NCBI GenBank assembly: GCA_040954595.2
Contig: CM082579.2
Location: 12,277,834-12,341,833 of the forward strand
Length of the DNA: 64,000 nt
Source: Balanoglossus misakiensis
Taxonomy: Eukaryota; Animalia; Hemichordata
Reading direction: 5' to 3'
Shown here: positions 1-12,991 of the stretch, piece after piece
How the letters are laid out: every line of letters starts with the position of its first letter
Position numbering within the stretch: the first letter of the stretch is position 1
Notes under the pieces: generated by a model
Seen by the model: the letters and a program-made list of their open reading frames with translations, nothing else
Database searches by the model: none
What the model was told of the DNA's origin: nothing
Translations under genes and position numbers: made by a program

Positions 1-406
1 AAAGAGGGACTACGTTTTGTTTGTAAACATTCAACGCAAAAAAAATCTACAGCTATGTTATGATCACCGAAAAATTGTGATTTTTCAACAATCTGGCATG
101 TCATTCCCAAAAATCGTAAGAATAACAAAACATTAAGTTGTCAGTATATTTGGAAACCTAAACAATTACGAAACTCTCCCGCTTTCGCCAGTGTTCTCAC
201 ATATTGCCGATGCGATCTCTCGACTCGAACTAAACCACTGATGAACTGCCCAAACATGACCCTTCTTTGCATAACACAATTGCATTTTTTTGTCCAATGA
301 ACGACCGTCCCAGGGTTAATACATCATCTCTGCCTCATCAATGTACTGAAAATCTAAACGCCAAGATCGAAACTTTTCTGAAAATCTGAGGAAATATATG
401 CACTGA

Positions 407-537
407 GAACTCCATGACCTCTGCTCGCGACCTGTGTCGTATAGAGCTGAAGTTATTTTCACGGGTGATGCGGTTAAATCTGCGGTAGTACTTTCACGTG
501 TGCAGCAAGCAGATCACGCGCAGAGGTCATGGAGTTC
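407..537. repeat. Small inverted-repeat element (MITE-like remnant)
   Basis: GAACTCCATGACCTCTGC (407-424) is the exact reverse complement of 520-537, with imperfect inward extension. No clear TSD. Confidence 0.55.
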
Positions 538-1854
538 GTTATAATATTATGCTACATGTATACGTTATTTGGCGCGTGCAAAACCAGTGCGGCACCAGTG
601 CTACACCATCATTCTTTTGAAATACGCGTGGTTTAGTGCATGTGTATAAGGTATACGTAATGTTGGATATGTTGTTTCAATTCATTTCATTCTATTGGAT
701 GCATCATTGTCGAGTTGGCAGAGTATGCTTTCACATAATGAGGCTTTGTTGGGAGGGGGTGGAGACCAAACACAATTACATGTAGGTGGCTTACCTGAAA
801 AGTGTTTGCAAGAAAAAAGTGACCCTCCCCTGCCTGTCACAGTCAACATACATGTGTCATAATTGTTATGGACGTTAAAAAATACTGTTAACCTTTACAA
901 ATAATCATTTTCTCCAAGATTCCAAGTAAATCAATGAAAAGAGACCACAAAGCACATAAATTATTATCTCTATACTACCTAAAGAGCAATTTCCTATTCG
1001 GGCGGTAATGTTTACTATATGCTAGTTTGGTTGGTGTTGTGGATGTAGAAAACACTATAATTTCACATATGAACCAAGTTTGGAAAATATTGAACATTTA
1101 CCCCCCCACCCCGACTACATGAAATGGTAAGACCTTTCGAAAATGCTTGCGCGAAAATGGCGACCCAATCCAAAGTCACCGGCCCTTCCCATCTATAATT
1201 TGTGTCCAGTCCCCAGTTTCTTCATTCCACTATTTCGTCGAATATCATTGGCTATGACCTCGGCTAGCAACATAAGAATGTGTGCATTGAGGACGACCCT
1301 AGCTTATCTTCAGTGCATGTCCGCAGTAATTCAGTTCAAATGTTACAGAAATATGTGCGGCGATAACCACAAGTGTATCGAAAGAAAGACGACTAAAGAT
1401 GCACCATGTGGATGCTTCATATATTTGGGTATTTTGAGAAATTCGGGAATCACTAAAATTGAGTTATTAAATTACGCTCCTACATAATGCGAATCAGTAA
1501 ATTGTCGAATGCACAACTAGTTCCCAAGCTGTTATTCACGGTGCCGACCCAAGACTGCCGTGGGGACAGACATGCAGGTATCGCTACTATAACACAACCA
1601 TGTGTTAATGCATTCAGATTGTGAACACTTTAGTCATGAAATGGCACGTCATCAGTTCTTGCGCTGATACCCGGAACTATGTTTATGAAAATCGCGACCT
1701 TAAATGTAAACAAACATAACCCGATACAGGGCCCGGTTTCATGAGATTTGATATACCGGTAGTCAACATCGAAAGTCATGGGGTTCTGATGGCCTCGGAC
1801 ATTTGTTATAAATAAAAGATTTATCTTGTATGATTGATTTAGAAAAAAACACGA

Positions 1855-2165
1855 TTGTCAGTTACACCTGTAAAAAATACCGCCTCGCTCAGACAGCAGG
1901 AAGAGATGTCAAACATCCTCGCCCAATCTTCATCCAAACACGTCGAAAATCGGGCAATTTCACATGTGAAATCTGGTTCGACCAGTTCAAGTACGTGTCA
2001 GATGGAAACGGCGACAAGGGTTGGTATATTTAGCGACGCAGTGATATATGGCGGCTCGTTCAATATCTGTACGTTTCCAATGCGACGTCGACGGGATCAT
2101 CCTCCATGACAGAGCCCCCGCCACCGTACAAACGACGCCGTCGTGCAGTCAGATATCACTCTCCG
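1855..2165 (+). pseudogene. Possible C-terminal remnant of a Crypton/DUF3504-type tyrosine recombinase
   Basis: Translation ASLRQQEEMSNIL...GIFSDAVIYGGSFNI followed by a basic PPPYKRRRR tail resembles the tail after the catalytic Tyr of animal Crypton/ZMYM-type YR proteins. Catalytic residues are not visible. Recognised by eye. Confidence 0.4.
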
Positions 2166-2662
2166 TGCTCATCAGAAAATTCACAAAAAATGAGCAGACT
2201 TTGAGACTCTTGAACTTTGAAATAAAAGGCCGCTGGCTTTATTTGCAATTTAACTAATTTCATACCGATTTTGAATTTCATCGCAATGTTGATGACGTTC
2301 ACTTGTTCGTTGTTGTTGTTGCACCGATTCAAGTTCAATTTTCAGAATGTGTTGTTTTGCATGATGCAGAGCGGTCCTTGAACAATTGATTATTCTAAAA
2401 CATCTTTGACTTACCGATGTTGTCGTTTCCTACCGTTATTTTACATCTTAACAGTTATCCTCATACTTTTACATAACCGTACGCTAGCGCTACACTTTAA
2501 AATGGCGGGTCACGTCAACATCATCATGAATGAAGCCGATTTACAATTTTATTAAAATATCAATGCGCTAGGCGGAATAAAATAATTCATAAAAATTAAA
2601 ATGTTCTTGTTTTATTTTTTCATTTTTCTTGTAAATTCCGAGGTTTCAGCATATGATACATC

Positions 2663-2810
2663 GGTTATCGCCCCATATCACCTCTTGTTGGGCCATATTT
2701 GCCGCGAGTGTGGGTTGTGAGCTGCATCACACTTCGACTCGTGTGATGCGGCTCACAACCCACACTCGCGGCAAATATGGCCCAACAAGAGGTGATATGG
2801 GGCGATAACC
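2663..2810. repeat. Near-perfect 148-bp hairpin, probable terminus of a hairpin-ended non-autonomous element
   Basis: GGTTATCGCCCCATATCACC...GGTGATATGGGGCGATAACC with ~70-bp arms, one mismatch and loop TTCGACTC, followed by TCATATTATATCA as in the other hairpin-ended elements here. Confidence 0.85.
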
Positions 2811-3631
2811 TCATATTATATCATTTTGCCTGAGAGTGTATCAAGAAAACTGCGCGTATTTATGACAAAATAGCTAATGTGCTCTGGTGGATGAGGTCAT
2901 GCTTTGCTTATGAAGTTTTAAAGTGGGAAATGCAACGTTTTCATTGTACTTGGCATTTTTCCCCGGTTGCAACAGATTTCCTTTGCGTTAAATGTTCATT
3001 TTAATAAGTATCTGATTTAAAATTGCATATGCACTCATACTCAGGGTTTATAGTATACTCCAGTGCATACATCTTTGTCATGACGCGCAACTGAGGGTTC
3101 ATAAAGGCCTTGTTGCAAGGGGAAAACTGAATATTCGCACCATCACGACATTCATTTCAATTTAGCACGAACAGCCAACATTAAGCCAGCATTCCCTTTG
3201 TCCATTTATCAGAATTGTAACTGTTAAGGGCCTTCTTTCATATTTTTCTCACCTTGGACTAAGAACAATAGGGTTGTCAACTCCCCTTGCACATTACTCA
3301 GGAGATTTTTGTGCGCATGCGTAAATAGCATGCAAATCCCTATTTTGACCCAGATAAGCGGCAGGAACCTCTGCAGGCTAGGCTATACTACGAAATTCGA
3401 TTTAGTAGCAACAGCCGCCAAACTAGCAACACCGTATTTCTTAGATTCCAGCAACATATTATGTCTGAAAGTGTAACAACGTCGCAATTTAGTAGACAAA
3501 GAGGCGTGATATTGCTGTGAGTGACGATTTGAGAAGCATGATGATCACCAATTTGAAAGAACTGCAAGTAGGCGGATATCGATGGTTGCACTTAGACTGT
3601 ACGATGACGCGATTTGTGGATGGATTTGCAG

Positions 3632-3870
3632 AGCTGAGTTCGTCGATTTGTCAGGGAACGCTCTAGGGGCGTTCCCAGAAGCGTTTTGAGGGATCCAGAA
3701 ACAAGCCTTGAAGTGAAACTGGACGGCAACCCTTGGAGATGCGACTGTCGAATTCTGTCGGTGGCTGAAAACAAACAACGGGTCCAGCGACGACCCGAGC
3801 CCGATTGCCGCTCGCCGGAGGGTATGAAAGTGAGGGACGTCGATTCACCGGCTGGCTGCACCGCTCCCAA
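3632..3870 (+). pseudogene. Leucine-rich-repeat gene fragment (last LRRs plus LRRCT cap), frameshifted
   Basis: AEFVDLSGNALGAFPEAF, then a frameshift near 3685, then LRDPETSLEVKLDGNPWRCDC...DCRSPEGM...C. NPWxCDC...CxSP is the LRRCT signature. Confidence 0.7.
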
Positions 3871-4004
3871 CATGACGTCTAACGAGCCTCCAACGCCACT
3901 TTAAGCCGCACTACAGTCGGATATCCTATCCCGGCTGCCAGACAGCATATGAAGGTGTCTGCGGCCTTTCTAAGATGATAAACATTTGTACAATGAATGC
4001 TTTG

Positions 4005-5022
4005 ACGTGTAACTAAACCTCTCTATATGTTCGATCAGTACGCGTAGCGTTGTTGTCATGTGATAAGCAAACGTCGCGTACGTTTAGAGCAGACGTTCGG
4101 AACGGCAAGCCGCCAAGCGACGCTTCTACGCGTAATATGAGGTTATTACGAAAATACCGCAAAGTATGCACGAGGACATTAGCGCCGAGTATGCGCTAAT
4201 GTCAGAGTGCATACTTAGCGGTATTTTCGTAATAACCTTATTATTATACATCTTACATCTCCGTTAGTTCTTGTTTGCATGTTACTTGGCTTTCAAAACG
4301 CCCCAAATGCCGATACAATCGATCGAAAACCGCTCAGTTGAGCAGCCATCTTTCTTTTTTGTTTACGTGTGTGCACGTGCGTTGGAGTGGGGGTGTCTTG
4401 AAACCGGCCGCATAACAACGCATACCTGTACACGGTGAGTTGGGGCGCCTTGAAACACAAGACTTATTTAACACGCGTTCCGTACGTACCGTTCCGTACG
4501 GCTTTTTATTGCACGCTAAATTCTATTGTTCTCAGTGCCAGATGTATAATAATCATGATTACGTGTAATATTTTTTTCGGAATTTCTCGATATTCTCTGT
4601 TTAATTTGAGCGATTATTCTCTAAAATGCATTTGTGATGTAGCCATCATCAATGTTATCTAAAAAAATTCTGCCATATGTGCTAAAACCGGCGGTATTTG
4701 ATGTTTTCAAAACATGAACACAAAACATTATTTCCATGCTAAGTTTTCAGTGGACGCCTCGACAAGGACATCGGAAAACTTCACTAAACTATATTTCCAC
4801 TGCAGTCAAGAAACTTATTGCAAGGGTGGTGATCTTAGAGAATATTCATCACACACAAAATTTATTTAAGTGAAAAATATTTGAATTTTCTATTGTTTTT
4901 AAATATTTTTGTTATTCAAAACGGACAACTAAACCGCAAAATTCACGCGTCGCTACGCATACGCGAACGCCACTGCCTGCCGTCAGACGTACGCGTATTT
5001 ACGTGTAACTAAACCTCTCTAT
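4005..5022. repeat. 22-bp direct repeat pair bracketing ~1 kb
   Basis: ACGTGTAACTAAACCTCTCTAT occurs at 4005-4026 and 5001-5022. Confidence 0.75.
4134..4553 (-). mobile_element. Hairpin-ended non-autonomous DNA element (Crypton- or Helentron-like), copy 1
   Basis: Hairpin GGTTATTACGAAAATACC...GGTATTTTCGTAATAACC (4141-4237) with short sub-terminal inverted repeats TATTATACATCT / AGATGTATAATA. The body is the reverse complement of 26053-26460. Confidence 0.75.
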
Positions 5023-5174
5023 TGTTTCCCCATTTCCCGGAGACATAACATCTCTATGGTCTAATATTAGTACAGTTCATGATAATTTCCCAAGGATTGT
5101 AGCTAGTGGAACTTTAACATTATAGCCTGATTTTAAGAACTATAATGTATATCAGTCAGTATACATGAATAAAC

Positions 5175-5367
5175 GGAAACATAGAATATTTATATTATTC
5201 CCCGTATTTCGAACGAGTGTGCCTACGTCGCGGACGAGTGATTCCCCGTATAGCGGCAGTATCCCTCCTCGCCTCCGGCTCGGAGGGATACAATACAGCT
5301 ATACGGGGAATCACGAATTCGCGACGCAGGTACACGAGTGAGGAATGCGGGGGAATTCTATGTTTCC
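5175..5367. repeat. Imperfect long hairpin with CTCGCCTCCGGCTCG loop (terminus of another hairpin-ended element, body probably to ~6230)
   Basis: GGAAACATAGAAT/ATTCTATGTTTCC and ATTCCCCGTATAGC/GCTATACGGGGAAT pair. The loop resembles the CTCGCCTGACGGCTCG loop at ~14714. Confidence 0.65.
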
Positions 5368-6229
5368 ATGAAATTGAGTTTTATTGTGAATTTAAAACAT
5401 TTCAGAGAAAAAACAGATATCACTATTTTAAAAGGATCGACAGATCATGTTATGCGGTCGGGGTCCCGGGCCGGAGTCACACGCAAACGGACATTAACCG
5501 CGATCAGCTGTTAGTAATAACTGCACACGAAGGTTAAGTTTATCGTGCTATTTCTGAGTGAAATCAGACGAAATACGAGAGACAAGAGGTATCACTTCAC
5601 CTGAAGATAATTTTTTTGCAGGTAAATATGGATGAAAACACTGATAACACGGCGAATTCAGAAAACTACGTAAACGTTACTTGGATTGATAGCGCGGCCT
5701 CTTGTTTACAACACCGGACCTTTTATAACGGGTTGAACAACATTGACTTTTCAAATAAAATTGCAAGCAGCATATTAATTTCTCATTTTTAAAACACTTA
5801 AGCAATAAAGTCATTGTTAAATATTGAAGACGTGTCAGTTTAAAATCTAAATGCAAACTCTTATCCAAGATTCACCGAGAAATTGCGGCATGGAAACCGA
5901 TAAACATCATGTATCTGAAACATTGAAAACAACAATAGTTCGTGATGAATCGATGTCAAACTTACTGAAAATGCTGGGAAATGACGAGAATAAATTGGCT
6001 TTTCTCCTACTACGTTTATATCCTGAGAAATGTCGTTGCTACTGCCTGAAATAAAACATGGTCATCGCTCGCCTGCTCGACTCGACCTGTTGACTGGCTG
6101 CAAGCTGCTGGTGTTGCGCAGTTCGATGCTCCAGCGATGTCGATTGTGACGTTTGACTTGTAATTTCTCATGCTCATTTTAATTTTAAAACATATGATTT
6201 ATTACCCCATATTTCCCTGTACTTCATAA

Positions 6230-9200
6230 GTAATAATAATAATAATAATAATAATTTATTTTTATACAGCGATTTCCATCAATAAAAACATCAAACCGCT
6301 TTACAATAAAAAAACAAGCTCAAAAAAATACAATATTAAAAACGTAAAGATACACTGATAAAATGGTCTACTCGGCATTAAAACTTTATAAAAATGTTAT
6401 TAGAAATAACAAAACAGTGACTAAGTCATGTACTTCTTAAAAAAGGTAAGTTTTGAGAGATGTCTTAAACGCAGCAACGGTTGGTGACAATCTAATTTCT
6501 TTTGGTAAGACATTCCAAAGAGTTGGCGCTGCATTAGAAAATGAACGGTAACCAAAGTGTTTCTGCTCCCAGTTCACTGGCTCTAAAGTTGGTGTGAACG
6601 CTGAGCGTGTCAACCGTTTAGGTTCATGAACTGTGATCAGATCAGACAGATAGGCAGGAGCTTGCTTGTGCAAAATTTTATAGACAAAAAGGAGAATTTT
6701 GAAATTGATTCTAGCATGGATAGGCAGCCAGTGTAGCTCCCGTTTCACTGGTGTGATATGCTCATGCCTTTTTGTGCGTGTGACGAGACGTGCAGCAGAA
6801 TTTTGAAGTAACTGAAGTTTATAAATGTGCTTATCTCCGATACCAAACAGCAAACTGTTGCAGTAATCTATGCGTGATGTTACGAAAGCGTGCACAAGTC
6901 TTTCAGTGTTTGAGCGATCTAAAACATTTCTAATACGTCCAATTCTATGGAGAGCAAATGACGCAGACTGACATAATTTGACAATGTGAGTACTCATAAC
7001 TGCATAGCGGTTTAAATAAACACCAAGATCGCGGACGGATCTAGACGTGGTTACATCAGTATTCCCTACTCTGAGAAATGGCAGGTCAACAGATTTCTTA
7101 AATTTCGAACGAAAATGGATCACTTCTGTCTTGTCATCATTTAAAACCAAACGATTTTCAATCATCCATTGACGAATATCATCAATACAATGTTCAACCA
7201 TAAATGACGAGTCCATGGCACGTTCACATATCAAATACAATTGAGTATCGTCAGCAAATAACATAAGATCCGAAGCATGTCTAATGATTATATCCTCTAA
7301 TGGTGCTGCATACAGTGTGAAAAGTATTGGGCCCAGTCCACTTCCCTGAGGGACGCCACAATCAAGATTACTTGGCTCTGATAATACACCATCAATACAC
7401 ACAGTCTGTGTTCTATCACATAAGTACGACTCAAACCAAGCAAGTGCCTTGCCCTTAATACCAAACCTATGTTCTAAACGATACAGCAATACCTTGTGAT
7501 TAATAGTGTCAAAAGCTGCTGTCAAATCAAGCAGTGTAAGAATAACTTCTTTATGACTATCAAGAGCACGTAAAATGTCGTTTTGAACTCTCAATAAGGC
7601 ACTTTCCGTGCTATGATGGTGTCTATAAGCAGACTGATATTTAGAATACAATGAAAACTGACTAAAATACTCGTCAAGTTGAATTAAAACAACACAGGCC
7701 TATAATTAGATAAAACATTGGAGTCGAGACTGGACTTTTTCAATAAAGGGCGGACTAGAGCCTGTTCGTACATTTTAGGAACTGTACTCGAATCGAATGA
7801 AGTATTAACTATTTTGACTAGATCATGTACTACATTTGGAAGACACAATTTCAAAAGTTTAGTCGGAATTGGGTCAAGTGCACATGATTTTGAGTTCATG
7901 GCATAAATAATTTTAGTAAGACTGGCCATGGTGACAGAAGTGAACTCTCTGAGGGAATGCGTTGGTACTTCATTGACCTTTTCTAAGGTCAAAGATCTAG
8001 GAAATTGCTTCTGAAGCTTGGATATTGTACTTGTAAAGAAATCGGCGAAAGACTGTGCCAACTTTGCTTTATCATCATGAATGGGTAAAATTGAAGCGGA
8101 GGATTTCTTTTCGCCTATTAAATCATCAATAATGCTAAATAGTTTAGTTTGATCAGCTGTTTCAATACGAGTCCTATGATACAATGCAAGTGCTTCATTA
8201 CAGAGTCTATTATAGTTCGCACGTTTTCCCATAAAGATCTGTCTATTTACTTCGAGTTGATGTCTTCTCCATTTCCTTTCAAATTGCCGAAGAGTACGTT
8301 TTTCTTCACGCAGAGTCTCATCATACCAGGGGGCGCGCGGTTTGTCACGAACGATCTTTACTTTGGCCGGAGCAACAATATCAAATACAGATGACATGTC
8401 CGCATGAAAGCACTCAGCCAAATCATCAACTGTGGTACAGTCCGTTATTTTGGCCTTTTGAATACTATTTATGGCCTGACTGAGGTTATCAGAGGTTACA
8501 GATGAAATATTACGTGAAATGCGTTTCCTATGGTGTACAGATGGACGTGACAGATCAGTAACAAAACTGATTAAAGTATGATCGGATGGGAGAATGTCAT
8601 TCAGCTGAAATTTCATGACACATGGTTCATACGAGTAATTACTAAATCCAGTGTGTGCCCCGTTCATGAGTCGGGCCCCGTACATGTTGTTTAAGACCAA
8701 GACTGTCTATCAAGTCAATGAATTGTCGGGTATCGTTGCGATTTTCATTTTCTACATGGAAGTTGAAGTCCCCTAATAAAATTAAGCGACCTGGTGAGAT
8801 TACAATACTCTCCATGAAAGTCTCCCACTTTTGGGTTTCGGGCATATTTCAGATCGAGAACAGGTGATTTTTGTTTGTTTACATAAAGAATATAGTCCGG
8901 GCATCCATATTTAACACATGTGTAATAAGGATTCGTCGAGGTCATATACCTATAGAGTGCCGTCACATTATAGGGATAACTGGGTCTATGTATGTGATAA
9001 ACAATTTTAACTGTATATATCGCATCGGTGTTACCTAGCTGTTAATAGGTTGTGACTGATAATTTAAATGTAACTGGAATGCCAAAGCATTTTTGTAAAA
9101 TTCCTCCTCGTATCTTGATTTGTTAGGGAAGATACAAGTCAACGAGTGCATTTTTAGAGAAACAGAGGGCTATAGATGTGAAGAATCAGCAGAATATGAC

Positions 9201-9660
9201 GAGTCAACGTATGTCCCACTATCAGAAAGGATACACGGGTTGGTTTGCATTTTGGACTATGAAGATAAGAGATTTGACACATACAAAGATAAAATGAAGA
9301 AGTACAGGGAATATTTCAAGAGTAGAGGTAAGTCTTTCTTTGATTATCATTTAACTGAACCTGCATGTCCAAATAGGATCATTTTCCAAAAGTAACTGTT
9401 TGCAAAAAAAGCCCGCACCATTGCTTCAAAAAGCAAATATAGGATTGTAAAATCTAGCAACGTATTTTGGCAAGAATTTTTCATGTATGTCAAAAAATAA
9501 ATCATTATCAATGCCCCTAGATTTTTTAGTAAAAACAATGAACAGATTTCCTGTCCTATATGGCTTCCTAGAGAGATAGTGTACTTATGCCATAGTCCGA
9601 ACAGTTCGAGCAGCAGGTCGGAGGATGGCCGTGTAGCGGCTCACTGACACGCATGCGTCA
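6230..9660 (-). mobile_element. L2/CR1-group non-LTR retrotransposon, near full length, degenerate (5' boundary approximate)
   Basis: APE endonuclease motifs (LLGDFNFH, GPTHERG), RT motifs (QSAYRHHHSTE, LDLTAAFDT, GVPQGSGLGP, FADD), L2-type end FKTSLKTYLF, and a 3' tail CGCTGTATAAAAATAAA(TTA)n at ~6230-6270. Confidence 0.9.
6437..8966 (-). pseudogene. L2-type ORF2 (endonuclease + reverse transcriptase) broken by frameshifts
   Basis: ORF pieces 8642-8845 (EN), 7684-8700 and 6437-7651 (RT) are collinear parts of one ORF2, with breaks near 8650, 8850 and 7680. Confidence 0.9.
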
Positions 9661-10524
9661 TTAGATTGATGGAATGGTTCCAGACGATAGTTGACCCGAC
9701 TCCATGAGATCAAATTATTAAACGTCTGTTCAGTCAATTGTAACATTGCGTCGTAAAGGCTCACGGCCTAATGTAGCTGTGGAAACGCAGCTGTTCCACC
9801 GGGGGTTTATGCTAAATACCCCGCGGACAGCTGCGGACCAACTCCGATACTCGTCTCGGTTACCCAGACTCCCATGCCTCTTCCGTTGCCCTCCAGAAAG
9901 AGGGTCTGGGGAAATACTACAAAAAATCTCCGGGCAAAGATGGCCGACTCGAGGCAAATGCATGCATGATTCGCGAAGGATCTGTCACGGTGCGGCACAG
10001 TGTGGGCGTCACAAGCGCGTGTCGCAGAACATGTTAAACCCGCGAAACGACTATGAACAGACTTAGTCTTATCCAAAGTAAAATGAGATTTTGTGCAATA
10101 AAAATGAGTTGGTGTGTTTGAGTATTTGTTATTTGGAGGATACAATATATTTAGGGGCCCAGATATGGTATTAATTATCGTTTCAGGTACCAAAGTCGCT
10201 CATTAAATGTTGGAGGACTATAGGTATCGACCAATTTCATTTATTTGGTCACCTATAAAGGGTTTGATTGTTTTTTCTTACGGTGAATAAAGTTCCCGAC
10301 CGGGTGATCGTGTCATGCCTTGTCTCTCTCTATTATATTCTAAGCGCTCGGTGCGACCTGTGGGTAGGGCTACGAACTTGCAAATAGACGTCTTCAAGAT
10401 ACCATGCTCTAGCATAGACACAGTAGATATTCTCACAATCAGGACTTTAGCCTTTACAGGTACCGTTAGATAACTATGAAATTACTTACTGAGCATTCCC
10501 GTCTGCTTGTGAGATTTCGCACAT

Positions 10525-10737
<213 letters not shown>

Positions 10738-10833
10738 TCGCCCGATCACATTACTTCGCTTTCATAACGCGAGGTAACCAGTAAAATTCGTTGGACTTGG
10801 ACCCCAAACCAAACCACGATGTCGCCCGTTGAC

Positions 10834-11420
10834 TATGGTGACCAATCCATGACAACATTACAACTCATTTTGTTATTCTTATTTCTATTCAACATTCCAT
10901 TTCACAGTTCAAAATTCGATTTCACAATTTAATGCAACATTCCATTTCTCAGTTCAAAATTCTATTTCACAATGCAACATTCCATTTCTCAGTTCAACCT
11001 TCGATTTCACAATTCGACTTACAGATTAAATCTGGGGACTGTCTATTCACGCATGTTGAATTCCTTTATTTAGAATTGGAATTTTGCACAATCAGCATAA
11101 TCTGGATTTTGCATAGTCAGCGACATTCAGAAATCTGTTCCAACAGACCGCTGACCTCGGTCGAATTTTTATCAACTTCTCGGAAGAGAAAGTGTGAAAG
11201 GGTTTTTCATCCATACACATCGTGCCCCAGCGTTTGTCCAACTCACCAAACTCTTTATTTATCGAATGCACACACTATGATGAAACTGTTAATGTGTTAA
11301 TTGTGAAATAGAATGTTGCATTGTGAAATATAATTTTGAACTGAGAAATGGAATGTTGAATAGAAATATTAAGAATAGCAAAATTAGGAGTTGTAATTTT
11401 GTCATGGCCTGGCCTCCATA
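10834..11420. mobile_element. Non-autonomous TIR element with TATGG...CCATA termini (IS3EU-like), 7-bp TSD
   Basis: CGTTGAC at 10827-10833 and 11421-11427. Long imperfect TIRs (>100 bp) are built of ATTCCATTTCACA/TGTGAAAT-type subrepeats. Confidence 0.75.
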
Positions 11421-11550
11421 CGTTGACACCCTTGCGTAGACTCGACTATGCTGTGTTTTTTTAGATATTACATTAATAACACGATTCCAATAGTGATATT
11501 TAAGGCATGAAATTGTGAATACTGATTATATTAAATATTTTGTACCATAG

Positions 11551-12658
11551 GGTTTTCTCCAGCCTCAGTTGTCCTTGCTAACAGGATCGGTGGTCTTGAG
11601 GAGGATGCATGCAAAGAGTTACAGAGTGATAAGATGATAGAAGCTATCCTTGCTACAGGTTCAGCAGTGGATCGCGCGTATTTGCTTAAAAATCATGCTG
11701 CATTAAGAACAGATATATCTGAGGGATCCACCGCCACTGTATTACAGATCCTAGAGAGCGCAATCAGAGGAGCAGAAATGTATATCAAGCTCGAACTAAT
11801 GCAAGAAAAATATAAAGAAGAATGCCTGCAAAGGCATTCTGGCAAAGTAGGTAAGGAAACATAGACGCATTCATTCATTCATTCAGTCATTCATTCATTC
11901 ATGTCATGTCATGTCATGTCATGTCATGTCATGTCATGTCATGTCTGCAGCGTGAGATGCACCAAAGTCAGTGCGTCAAAACATGTTCTATAGAGTCGTA
12001 CAATATCTTCCCATGTTTATAGGGTACGCGCAGAGGGGTAAGACTAAAACGAAGGACATTATTATCTCTATACAAAAGGGTGAATAAAGGCATCTTTATA
12101 CTGAAGGGCTAATTTTGGATGAACCAGGAATTCACGTGTAGGCCTATTTTCTCTAAGGCAGTGTTTGTTTAGAATTGTTTATTGTTTCGTGTAAACAGGA
12201 CACTCTAGTATGGCGTTACAACAATATGTACGTGGAGCTATATACACACAGGATGGTCGACGCCTTAGACTCATTTATTAAATTATTCTGATATTTTTTT
12301 AAATCTACCAAAAATTACTGGTTAGTTATCTTGGAACTTTTAAGAATTTGAACGTAGTCTACCCTACATTCTAACCCGTGTAACTTTTTTCAAAGTGTTT
12401 GCGATCTCATATAGCTCTATGTGTATGATAGTTTATCATATGTGCTCTTTTTTCAACTTTGCAGAACTTGGGACATTCTTTATAAATGTTCAGAAGAAGT
12501 ATTGTCTGAAAAATGAAGAAATTGAGAAATTAAAGACAACATGCAACAAGAAGTTTGTCTTCAGTGTAGATAAACTAAAACAGCGCTGGAATGGTATAAA
12601 GTCAGCTGTTCTGTGGGGCTTGGTACCAATTATCGAACACGAACTAAAACAATCATAA
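11551..12658 (+). CDS. IFI44-like GTPase paralogue 1, last two coding exons (11551-11850, 12465-12658)
   Basis: AG/GT boundaries with matching phase 1. GFSPASVVL...AILATGSAVDRAYLLKNH...ILESAIRGAEMYIK aligns with GIAPVTVIT...ASSATGSAIQHTHFIKNY...ILWDSLSVAERYIK of the downstream gene, with the same intron position. Upstream exons were not found. Confidence 0.65.
11869..11945. repeat. Intronic (TTCA)n and (CATGT)n microsatellites
   Basis: Directly visible. Confidence 0.95.
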
Positions 12659-12991
12659 ACATTTGCATATGAGGAACTTTTGATGTGTACAGGACGAAAG
12701 CTTTAGCATGTGACGAAAAAAGTTAAGGGATTGAGATTTTCTGTCAGGTTCCGAAAGTTCTAACCCTAAAGGTCTACGTTCTCTCGAAGCGAAAATCCTG
12801 ACTCACCTTGGTAACATCCTTCAAAACTGGTGATTTTTCATTCTGTCCTGCTATTGACTTGTATTTACCGTAATATCAGCCAAGTGTAACAACATAATTC
12901 TTCCGCACATACTAACGTGATTGTGGTTTAAATATGGAAAATAAGTTATGGTTTCAATTTTTCTTTTTCTTGAAAGGATACTTTATTTGTG

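Noticed and set aside
1143-1487. 114-aa ORF
   Set aside because: No recognisable motifs or splice context.
9120-9395. Plus-strand 91-aa ORF
   Set aside because: Antisense to the 5' part of the L2 element, with no recognisable domain.
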